From Bacteroidaceae bacterium (GTDB taxonomy: Bacteria; Bacteroidota; Bacteroidia; Bacteroidales; Paludibacteraceae), in assembly GCA_963615895.1 (NCBI GenBank), contig CAVEIE010000009.1, forward strand, positions 1,455-65,454: 64,000 nucleotides of DNA, written 5' to 3'. Below, piece after piece: positions 58,901 to 64,000 of this stretch. Within the stretch, counting starts at the first letter, position 1, and each line of letters opens with the position of its first letter. The notes beneath the pieces were generated by a model. It ran no database searches and was not told the DNA's origin. It worked only from the letters and a program-made list of their open reading frames with translations. Made by a program: the position numbers and the translations under genes.

Positions 58901-61900
58901 TTTGCGCAAGTAGGGTTTTAGTTCTGCGTCTGAGATACCTTTGGTCTGCACTTGCAAGAGGTTGGAAATGGCTTGTTTGATAGCATTGTAGTCTTTGGCT
59001 ACTTGCGCCTTTGTATAACCTTTTACCTTGTTTGAGTTGATACCCTCGATAGGCACTAATGTCTTTTTGTCACCTTTACTACCATAGGCGTTACATATCT
59101 CGCCCTTTGAATTAACCACGAGTGCGCCGTAGGGCATATCTCCCTCGATGGTTTCGTAGTCCCCGTTGGCGATAGTGCTCGGCTGTTCCTCTACGGTTTG
59201 CAGATGGTCGGATTTCTCTATTTTATCCACCCACTTTTTCAGGCGTTCCGCTTGATTAATGTCGGCAGAAGGGTAACAACTAAGCGTTGTTTCGCGCCAT
59301 GTGCTGCCGTGTTCGAAAGCAAACTCCATGACACCGCCCATATTATTGGGATGTAAAGTAAAGTAGTTGTTGTAGATAACCTTAAACTCTTTGTCCTCGG
59401 GGCGTTTATACTCTTGTGTCTTTCTGTCCCACACCTCGTCCTGCTGCTGTTTGGCAAAACGCTCGGTTGAGGTGTCGAGAACATTAATGGCACGCGGGTC
59501 TATCTGACCGTTCACACGCTTGCGCACCACGATAATATCTGAGGTGGCGTTTGTGCCGCCAAATGTTTCGTTGTTTAGACGGAAAGCACCGATAACATCG
59601 GCATTGCCCTCACCGTTGAGCCATACACGCAGGTCTTTCGACTTGTCGAGTGTGTTGCTTGTGGTAATGAATATGCCCAAGCCTCCCTGTTTGAGTTTGC
59701 GCACATTCTTGGCGATACAGAAATCGTGAATACTGCCGAAGCGTTTGGACAAGTCTTTCTCCTGTTTGTCATAGACATGCAGGTCTGTTACAAACGGCAC
59801 ATTGGTAATGGTAAGGTCTTGCGAGTTGTTGGGTATATCCACATCTTGGAAGCCTGCGTGGTGCGTGGTGGCGTTCGGATAGAGTTGTGCAAGTATGCCT
59901 GCCGTGATGTCGTCTATCTCAACGGCGGTAAGGTTACTGCGGTGAGAGATACTTTCAGGCATCAGCGCAAAGATATTACCGATACCCGCCGAACCCTCCA
60001 AGATATTACCGCCCTTAAAACCTAACCGCTCCGCTATCTGCCACATAGTATGGATGACATTCTCCGGCGTATAGTAGGCAGAGTTACGCGACATTTGGGC
60101 GGCTTCCATCTCTTCGGGTGTAAGCAACGCCGCAATGGTTTGGTACGGGGAGTTCTCTCCGTGCATTGAGTAATAGGTAGTGCCGGGTTCGCCCTTGAAG
60201 AACTCACCCAGTCCTCCCCAGCCGCTGTATTGCGACAGAACATCCATCTCTTGCGGGGTGGCTTGCCTGTCCTCGTCTTGCAGTTGTTTCAACAAGCGTA
60301 TAGCCGCGAGGTTTGCCTCGTAGCGTGCTTTGGGTGTGGCAGGAGCAAGCCGCTCTTTACTGCCCGCCGTAAAATTGCGTGTATTACGCCATTGCGACGG
60401 CTCTATATTGTCCGTCGGCTCTGCGGATGTTACAGTCGGTTCTGCAGGCTGTAGAGGAGTTCCTCCGCTTCGCTCTCCGTCATGCACCCGATGTGGTGTA
60501 CTACTTGTACCCACTCGTCCGCCGACAGGTCTTTCATCTTGCGGTTGTTGGCTTCCTCCCAACGCTCCATTCTCGTTCCGAGATTGTCCACTTGGTTCGG
60601 CTTGCGCGGTGCTACTTTCTCGCCGCCCATCAGTTCGTAGTTCTCCATTGTTGTTTGTATTTAATGGTTCTTCGGTTGTCTGCTCTTGCTGTGCTGCCTC
60701 GTTCAGTGTGTCGGTGACATCACCGAACAGGCTGAGCACCGGCTGGTTATTCGGAATGCTGTTTGTGTCCTTTTTCTTGCGGCTGGCTTTCTCTACAACC
60801 TGCTTTGCTATCTCCTGCTTGGTAGTTCCTACGGGAATAGTTGGGAGATAGTTCCTGCCAACTCTGCGAATATCGCTTAGCAAATCGGCATATGTGGTCG
60901 TTGCTTGACCAAACTCAAAATACCCGTAGGGTTGGTTGGGTATGAGATAACGGCGTTGCCCATTGGCTTGCGGGTCTTCCACGCGCCAAAACATTTGGTC
61001 TGCAACCAATGCGTCAGCATTGCCTTTGCCATAAAAGTCGCCGAAATTCTTTTGTATATTTACATATAGACACAACTCTTTTCCGTTCTCCAGTGGCAGA
61101 CTGAAATAGATTTTCCCACCCGCAGGCGCGATGTTGGCTTTGGCGATAGTCTTTCGTTTGCTTACCTCTATGCCGAGGTCGCTTGCGAGTTGTTTGGCAA
61201 GACGGTCTATGTCCTTAACGGCTGCTGCTTCTGCGGTCTTGAGATAGCCATAAGACTCGTGGTACTTTCCCGGGTCGGAGGCGTCGGCTTCGTAGAAACC
61301 GAGTACCGCGAGTTGGTTGTTTATTTTGTCCGTTGCCTGCTCTATCTTTTCGATAGTATGCTGACGGGTCTTGACCTCTGCGTCTGCCTGTTCGGGGGTG
61401 AGTGTTACCTGTTCAGGTTCTCGAACGCCTCCCTCAGCGACTTCTGTGCCGGGCTCTCGTTCTGCTCCTCTATTATCTCGTCTATCTCTTGTAATAGACG
61501 ACGCTTCTCCTTGTATAATTTCTCCCTCACGGCAAGCAGTCTCTGTATCTGTGCCTGTCTGGTCTGTTGTAATCTCTTCATCGTTTATTCGGTTAAATTT
61601 GTTTGCGTCTTCTTCGGATGTGAATATAAAGCCCCTGTTCTTGGCAAAACTGCTATAATAGCCACCACACATTTTTGCACGGGCTTTGAGCAACTTAAAC
61701 TCCTCGTCGCCGACACGCTCTGCGGGCTTAACTACCCAAATATCCTCACCGGTCTTGGTGTGTTTGGACTTGCGTACCTCTCCTATTTGCTGGTGAGGGC
61801 GGGCACTGTCTGTTCCGGGAATAGGCTCGTCGCTCTCAGACGACCATACTAACTTGGTAGGTTCTCCGAATGCGACATCATTATTCTTCCACTCAGCCTT

Positions 61901-64000
61901 GGCGAATAAGTAGTCGTTTAGTAGATTGCCTCCCCGTTGTAGTCCTCCCTGCTCCAGAGTTCCTTGAATGTGCTCTCCGCTGCTCTCTCGTCCCTCTCGT
62001 CCCAGTCCGGGAAAAACCCGCTCCTCCAGTCTTTGAACGCTTCCAGTCCCTCCTCGTAGGTCTTGTACTTGTTGTGTAGATAATTCATCTTGAACCTCCT
62101 TTAGTGATTTGTTTGCATAGTTGACAAAATTCTTCTCTGCCTTATCTTTGATACCCTTAAGATACCCTATTGACAGGTAGCGACCTGTTTCGGCAAATCG
62201 GGCAGCGGCTCGCATAATGGACGCCCCCTCCGACACCTCATTGTAGTACAACTCGACAGAGTATCCTGCATTGCGCAAGTCGGCTGCCATTTTGATAACA
62301 CTCTTACCGCCGATTTTAGGTATTACGATATTATCGCCATTCTCTACGGCTTTTGCAAGTGCGAATTTAGCTACCTTATCGCTCGCTTCCTGCACATAAC
62401 CTGCTCCATCGCCTCCGTCGAACCCGTCAAGCCACGGCTTTACGACATCGCTGTCGATGATACGTGCTTTGTTTTGCGCTGACAATGGGTTGGCATAAAC
62501 ACTACTCTTCCCTCCTGCTGGGCGACCGATAACAAACAACGCTTTGCGTTCTTGTGCTACCTCTCCGCTAAAATCCTCCTCTCCATTGCGCTTGTTTATC
62601 TTGCCTTTGGCATTAAGCACTGCACTGCCATGTTCTGCATCCAACAGGCGGGAGGCATAGTCTGCTATCTGTTCGTCGGTCAATTCAAGGCTCTGCCCGC
62701 TGCGCGCGTCTATCTTGGCTTGTGCGGCTTGGATATTCGGGTCTTGCAACAATACTTCGGCTGGTATCTTTGCGCCGTCTATCGAGGCGTAAGATATATA
62801 AGCCGATGTAGGTACTGCCAAGGGTTTCTCGCTCTGCTGCGACAATTCAGCGAACAATGCTTTTGCCTCATCGGTGATATAGGTCTTGTAGTCAGCCTTA
62901 TCAACCACAATCGACTTCCCATTGCACTCGTACCGCTTCTCTGTCTCCCGCAAAGGTACATTCTTTTTCTCGTTTAGCAAAGTACCTTGCAAATTTTCCG
63001 CTGCTTTTATTCGGTTGGCGGTGGTACTTTTCTCTTGCGCTTTGGGCGTTTCGAGAGTTAGAGCCTTGACATCGAATTGTGCAACGGTAGCATAGTCGTC
63101 CATCTCTCTGGACAACTCTTCCGCTTCCGGCAGGTCGCGCAGACCATTGTAGAACGATTTGAGGTAGGGGCGTATCTTATCACCGAACTCCTCTATCATC
63201 CGCTTGGCAAAGTCGGCAAACTTGCGTGCGCCTTTTTCTACATGGTAGCCTGCCATAATAAGACCGTCCGACAACATCTCGGGGTCTAAACCTGCATTGA
63301 GGCGGTTCAATCGCTCGTGCATACGGCGGCGGGCTGCCTCGTATGCGTCGTCGGTGAATATCTTATTCTCCGATTTCTTTTTGCCTGACTGCTGCTTGTT
63401 ACCTTTGCTGCCGTTTGTATGCTCGCCTTTGGGCGTCTCTTGGGTGGTCTGTTCGTTTTCGGTGGCTTGCTCTTTGGGTTGGGTATTTTCGATTGTTCCA
63501 CGCTTCGGAGTTCCTCCTATTATTCGTCCAGTACCTGCTTGTGGGCTTGGTATAGGAGATTGAGTTTGCGGGTTTTGAGGTCGGCTTGCGGCTGTGCCTG
63601 CGGTTGGCTCGACTGCGGCTGTTGATTGTCGGTTTGCATAATGTTGTAGTATTTCGTTCTTGATGTCCTCTACGGTACGCGGCTCGAACAGTCCTGCTTG
63701 ACCGTTCGCCTCGTCACGGGCAGAGGTGTTATACAGTGTGAGTACTTGACGGAATGTGTCCACACCGGACGACATCTCCTCGGCAAGTAACATCTCGAAA
63801 GGCGTGTAGCGGTCGCTCACTTTCCCCTCGAATGCGTCCACTTGGCGTATGTACAAAGAGTATGCCTGACCTGCTTGGCGTGCCTCGTAAAGCAAACGAA
63901 TAGCCCCGTTGATGTCGTTGGTCAGAGCATAATTGCCTAAGCGGCGGTTCTCTACGATAGACGGTAAGGCTCGGAGAATGGACTGTTTCAGCCCCTTGTC
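49994..64000 (-). CDS. Giant polyvalent protein, at least 4,668 codons and 5'-open at the window edge
   Basis: No stop codon occurs in frame between 63896 and 64000, so the caller's TTG at 63895 is not the start. Motifs located:
- GRPAGGKSS, zeta-toxin-type P-loop kinase (62501-62527)
- EGSAGIGN, N6-adenine methyltransferase motif I (59975-59998)
- NVPF, methyltransferase motif IV (59792-59803)
- GTGKT, SNF2 helicase (57797-57811)
- DEAH (57227-57238)
- QRNGRILRQGN, helicase motif VI (56195-56227)
- HEYTH, HExxH peptidase (53735-53749)
Large regions remain unassigned. Confidence 0.85.
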   Translation of the reverse strand, partial: DKGLKQSILRALPSIVENRRLGNYALTNDINGAIRLLYEARQAGQAYSLYIRQVDAFEGKVSDRYTPFEMLLAEEMSSGVDTFRQVLTLYNTSARDEANGQAGLFEPRTVEDIKNEILQHYANRQSTAAVEPTAGTAASRPQNPQTQSPIPSPQAGTGRIIGGTPKRGTIENTQPKEQATENEQTTQETPKGEHTNGSKGNKQQSGKKKSENKIFTDDAYEAARRRMHERLNRLNAGLDPEMLSDGLIMAGYHVEKGARKFADFAKRMIEEFGDKIRPYLKSFYNGLRDLPEAEELSREMDDYATVAQFDVKALTLETPKAQEKSTTANRIKAAENLQGTLLNEKKNVPLRETEKRYECNGKSIVVDKADYKTYITDEAKALFAELSQQSEKPLAVPTSAYISYASIDGAKIPAEVLLQDPNIQAAQAKIDARSGQSLELTDEQIADYASRLLDAEHGSAVLNAKGKINKRNGEEDFSGEVAQERKALFVIGRPAGGKSSVYANPLSAQNKARIIDSDVVKPWLDGFDGGDGAGYVQEASDKVAKFALAKAVENGDNIVIPKIGGKSVIKMAADLRNAGYSVELYYNEVSEGASIMRAAARFAETGRYLSIGYLKGIKDKAEKNFVNYANKSLKEVQDELSTQQVQDLRGGTGSVQRLEERVFPGLGREGRESSGEHIQGTLEQGGLQRGGNLLNDYLFAKAEWKNNDVAFGEPTKLVWSSESDEPIPGTDSARPHQQIGEVRKSKHTKTGEDIWVVKPAERVGDEEFKLLKARAKMCGGYYSSFAKNRGFIFTSEEDANKFNRINDEEITTDQTGTDTETACREGEIIQGEASSITRDRRDNRGAEREPGTEVAEGGVREPEQVTLTPEQADAEVKTRQHTIEKIEQATDKINNQLAVLGFYEADASDPGKYHESYGYLKTAEAAAVKDIDRLAKQLASDLGIEVSKRKTIAKANIAPAGGKIYFSLPLENGKELCLYVNIQKNFGDFYGKGNADALVADQMFWRVEDPQANGQRRYLIPNQPYGYFEFGQATTTYADLLSDIRRVGRNYLPTIPVGTTKQEIAKQVVEKASRKKKDTNSIPNNQPVLSLFGDVTDTLNEAAQQEQTTEEPLNTNNNGELRTDGRRESSTAQAEPSGQSRNENGALGGSQQPQDERPVGGRVGTSSTPHRVHDGERSGGTPLQPAEPTVTSAEPTDNIEPSQWRNTRNFTAGSKERLAPATPKARYEANLAAIRLLKQLQDEDRQATPQEMDVLSQYSGWGGLGEFFKGEPGTTYYSMHGENSPYQTIAALLTPEEMEAAQMSRNSAYYTPENVIHTMWQIAERLGFKGGNILEGSAGIGNIFALMPESISHRSNLTAVEIDDITAGILAQLYPNATTHHAGFQDVDIPNNSQDLTITNVPFVTDLHVYDKQEKDLSKRFGSIHDFCIAKNVRKLKQGGLGIFITTSNTLDKSKDLRVWLNGEGNADVIGAFRLNNETFGGTNATSDIIVVRKRVNGQIDPRAINVLDTSTERFAKQQQDEVWDRKTQEYKRPEDKEFKVIYNNYFTLHPNNMGGVMEFAFEHGSTWRETTLSCYPSADINQAERLKKWVDKIEKSDHLQTVEEQPSTIANGDYETIEGDMPYGALVVNSKGEICNAYGSKGDKKTLVPIEGINSNKVKGYTKAQVAKDYNAIKQAISNLLQVQTKGISDAELKPYLRKLNSVYDDFVRKYGNLNRNTSLAFLRNDVQWASIAAIEKVKETVDVNGKKKVEVSKTDLFTKRVLGVQAVPKAENAKDGVILSMQQFGTIQPDKIAEWLGKSTDEVEKEILDTRLGFRNPQTGDIEVRHQYLSGNVREKLAYAEAHNTDGSLDANIEELRKVVPVDIPAHLIEFNIGSTWIPVELYKQYAKEKYDINDFKLNHVASSWIANDVWGTNEKDRSEGVYSELVGKQVYGHELMVAAMNNVPVVVSKVEKHYDGTKETKETITDKEASAACSDKISQIKDDFVDWARGKMQQDNELAERVQKIYNDRFNAVVPMLKVDDIFLSKHLPGQNSAKYDLYPHQQQAVARGLTQPLMLAHEVGTGKTISLISTAMEMRRLGTAKKPMIVVQNATTQQFVADAKDLYPNAQILTVSDRDRTAEGRQEFYAKIKYNDWDLIIVPQSVFDMIPDSESRMQDFINEKIEEKMHAIEAAKEAGVSAKVTNSMEKELISLRGDLETNNMSGKKSKNKDKDAKKEAEKRANAKARAQEMLDRKTDKVADFDEMGIDALLIDEAHNYKHLGFATMMQRGVKGVDPSYSKRAAALYLKCQSVFERSGHKNVIFATGTPISNTAAEIWTFMKYLMPKSMLKENDIYYFDDFVHDFGKINEQLEFATNGKFKANNRFAQYNNVPELMRLWLSVADCTLTREVGQVNDKVPELEGGKAQDIFLAQSPSLMDIMAAVRDQLEEYENMTPKEKREYSYIPLTMYGIAKRAAIDPRLVDENAKDEPLSKTNRAVTEVLRSLNESKKYNGTVAIFCDSYQNKQSGFNLFNDIKDKLFLQGVPANQIAIIRSEMSDTAKQKIFDAVREGDIRVIMGSTQTLGTGVNIQTRLHTLIHMDAPDRPMDYTQRNGRILRQGNMHKAWGIPVRVLRFGVEDSLDVTSYQRLKTKAGFIDSIMNGKSMIDNNLENRVLEDVDEGIFDNPVAMLSGSQYALLKTQAERDLRKWKAREQQHRIDQTLIADKTKKNDLIIAYRTKKIADNEKLIDLLEKTFPNGKVSEYNINGTVCHTAEEVKSALKGLNKEIAAESDRLREDRWGDKKSLAYSVSFNGIPFHFYVQLARKVNYKDGKTVISIEKELSYSATALGDKPVPSQTKVLDRLIETIENDVLSGKQAKDDIAYSKDYIERLQKDNTLMRAREGKPFEHQAELEKAQALVDEYTEKMKKEMAEKEAKYATQSHKAVDLDKLDGEDDTEDDTAEAQYADLDYTPDHITAAQQLATDTVLDALKDAGIPVEVVSQEEAQRVLAKQSHVELMAVTEQFNDTLNRYTDENADRIKFNCGMPSEGLLLAGMPNQRIVLNGETLRKKATEHGFDITDIRNLPEYLQNPIAVFKGSHDNTFAVLVEMTIHDKEAIVSVDIKNAKIDDFVLVSSIYDKNKDGIIGWINKGKLLSVDKEKALRYIRTEAPIAPTDNNKGAISAAKVVHDFDTAKSFVGKNVDTPQFSVRQTPAPQKTGIGYKVFYRGKDGKLYPPMVANPNGADTPVGVWLNADAAPIAGESKTGRPQVKAGGKGTQGGSGQLAYRPGWHLGEIPYALQFNRKDADGNRTLFPKDFVWAEVEYAADNNYQQEAEQEGYTDNGKYRHSYAGLKHLPVDGFYRYRTNPNPETDPWIITGAMKVNRVLTNEEVDDLVRKAGREPQQREFLLTPSGTIYGYAQNGNIYLTEQGLNPNTPIHEYTHLWVAAVRRRNPELYANLQDLFSRENLPDMWAELDRDPNYSHLSDHAKLSEIISRFSGKQGAERMEQEAQKHIDEAKKQGKQPLARAISLRERMRNLLRQLWNWIGENLFHIRRFGSRQEAADRVLYDLINATDLGHPAKNENETEFSISSSATGATPHMTQSEIATKTLVQNAQNDYNTMQSAIKKVGSDIRGIQKAMRLQSEYDRNVVSSLLNLYSTLMQANSVWAGYMPDTSHRVASQIVYAIGKEDISKEVNTIFDYIVDAQVKAAQRQWDKLRNTPIEKLNISGVVAQGKVALQGQHALKALNEALDNNLTTEQLENMIGEAMSNEMSATDESLRTQFKGRWIGYTIAQQHIERIAPLKQERIQLQNELDAARNNMSLKPAARRQLVGSIKEAMRDNYLGQSEAYAQSLKDLQEYVDGQAVEAKGFIAKQNANREKIRDYAAKDLEGIATNPHRSRTKRDIARSIWDAFASPMRDLQSMLRLCGRNTPDGEGYLYNHFMRNWIDGADREQAGLTEASRTLDNKMSELTHGKYKTWEEAARKINDKSHNKFSIKVLNGVDGAGNPVEEEIPLNAGNALYIYAVNKMEDGRMKLSAMNITEEDVEKLTQEVRKAFGQEILDVVDWIQTEYFSQLRNRFNPIHEDLFGAPMDAIENYFPLRINPNARQKNEDLGSPDTDASRLLRGTSTGAIKRRTRNSLPLDVRNADFFTEVVRHIAQMERWSAFAQLTRDANILFSDIDFRNRIKGMNGTIYGKGDQLYNHMKDAFKVALGTYQSKTDPFSEFTLNMAKGVTSAKINFRTFTALKQLASFPAFFTYMTDGVFVKSYLRNWIKPHETMQWARTTLPNFDKRIRKRDMGDMRLMQRTTDWQWNKRLLELSSKYGMAANVFFDVLTCATGARAVYDSKYADYINKGYTEEEAANRARQDAEVSFNTSQQSSEGAFMAPVQVDRNLFTAALTVFRTSNFQYTRNFFYAVRTLLNNRGKKDEMTASRAKQYIADGLTEEQARKAAETDWRKANISATIGIVVYGALLNLLWRLVGNAPYYLFGKDNEKKKELAKDAVTGGMLFSPFDGLIGGGIVESALDGHANVVDMFAPELPFTQDAKKAEQYLQNDKYAEFASQALSVLMQSGAGFDPMTAADIITRVATTIDSEQDLDTSVQFMRVSQALLSIPQSQYEQMLIDEVINNRKDYRHAVEDYKRYMAIHTAPLTWFLRGDENAGKVEKNAEKRFKKLYNERKELRN

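Larger units (their letters stand above)
23371..64000. mobile_element. Integrated tailed-phage genome (prophage); left end next to the tRNA, right end beyond the window
   Basis: A tyrosine integrase lies next to the tRNA 3' end. It is followed only by phage-type genes: VRR-NUC, portal-like, amidase, spanin-like, fibres, capsid/scaffold candidates, TerL and a giant polyvalent ORF. Hand-counted 60-nt samples give higher G+C than the chromosome part (about 43% versus 52-65%). Confidence 0.85.

Noticed and set aside
60430-60648. A 72-codon same-strand ORF in an alternative frame inside the giant gene (MENYELMGGEKVAPRK...EAEELLYSLQNRL). It reads like a real helical protein and coincides with the low-complexity linker of the giant frame, so it looked like possible overprinting or a frameshift.
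   Set aside because: The coding strand here is purine-rich, so the shifted frame naturally yields E/K/R/G-rich, natural-looking peptides. A 72-codon alternative-frame ORF is not unusual in 14 kb. The main frame stays open and resumes recognisable MTase-upstream sequence right after. It needs ribosome profiling or conservation analysis before being taken seriously.
23371-64000. Looked for a reverse transcriptase/DGR, a CRISPR-Cas system, a tail tape-measure gene with a frameshift chaperone, and a CI-like repressor within the prophage part.
   Set aside because: No RT motif (YxDD), no repeat-spacer array, no long Ala/Gly-rich tape-measure ORF and no obvious repressor were seen in the window. 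The missing lysogeny and replication modules probably lie beyond nt 64000.

Overview
The window has two parts. Part one (nt 1-23,370) is a Bacteroidales-type chromosome segment. Part two (about nt 23,371 to beyond 64,000) is an integrated, podovirus-like prophage.

Chromosome segment. It carries many TAnnTTTG -7 promoter boxes, a hybrid two-component regulator, a PadR/PspC operon and the housekeeping genes rfbA, glmM, surE, lpxB, plsC, cobB and ttcA. There are six tRNAs: Arg-CCG, Asn-GTT, Leu-GAG, Leu-CAG, Gly-GCC and Met-CAT.

Left edge (nt 1-4,000). This is a small accessory islet with three components:
- a truncated ABC/AAA ATPase plus an RloB-like gene (an AbiL/RloAB-type defence pair);
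- two copies of an ~85-nt element whose hairpin shows compensatory base changes;
- three paralogous ~105-aa basic ORFs. One of them is interrupted by a duplication/insertion carrying a 129-aa ORF.

Prophage. It sits beside tRNA-Met and starts with a tyrosine integrase. It then carries:
- small int-proximal genes, a VRR-NUC nuclease and a portal-like gene;
- a 1,746-aa structural giant with mosaic base composition;
- an amidase endolysin, a u-spanin-like gene, fibre-like genes, capsid and scaffold candidates, and a large terminase.

Most notable observations:
1. One uninterrupted ORF of at least 4,668 codons is still open at nt 64,000. It combines a zeta-toxin-type P-loop kinase, an N6-adenine methyltransferase, an SNF2 helicase, an HExxH peptidase and about 2,000 aa that I cannot assign. 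This is a polyvalent, DarB-like candidate counter-defence protein.
2. A low-GC two-gene moron (an unknown 175-aa protein plus a DUF1828/DUF1829-like protein) is inserted inside the lysis cassette. It has its own promoter, palindromes and terminator.
3. The covarying structured repeat and its small-protein family lie next to the defence pair.
4. A 15-16-nt periodic GCGTA repeat array lies inside the structural operon.

All functional calls come from reading motifs by eye. No database search was run.
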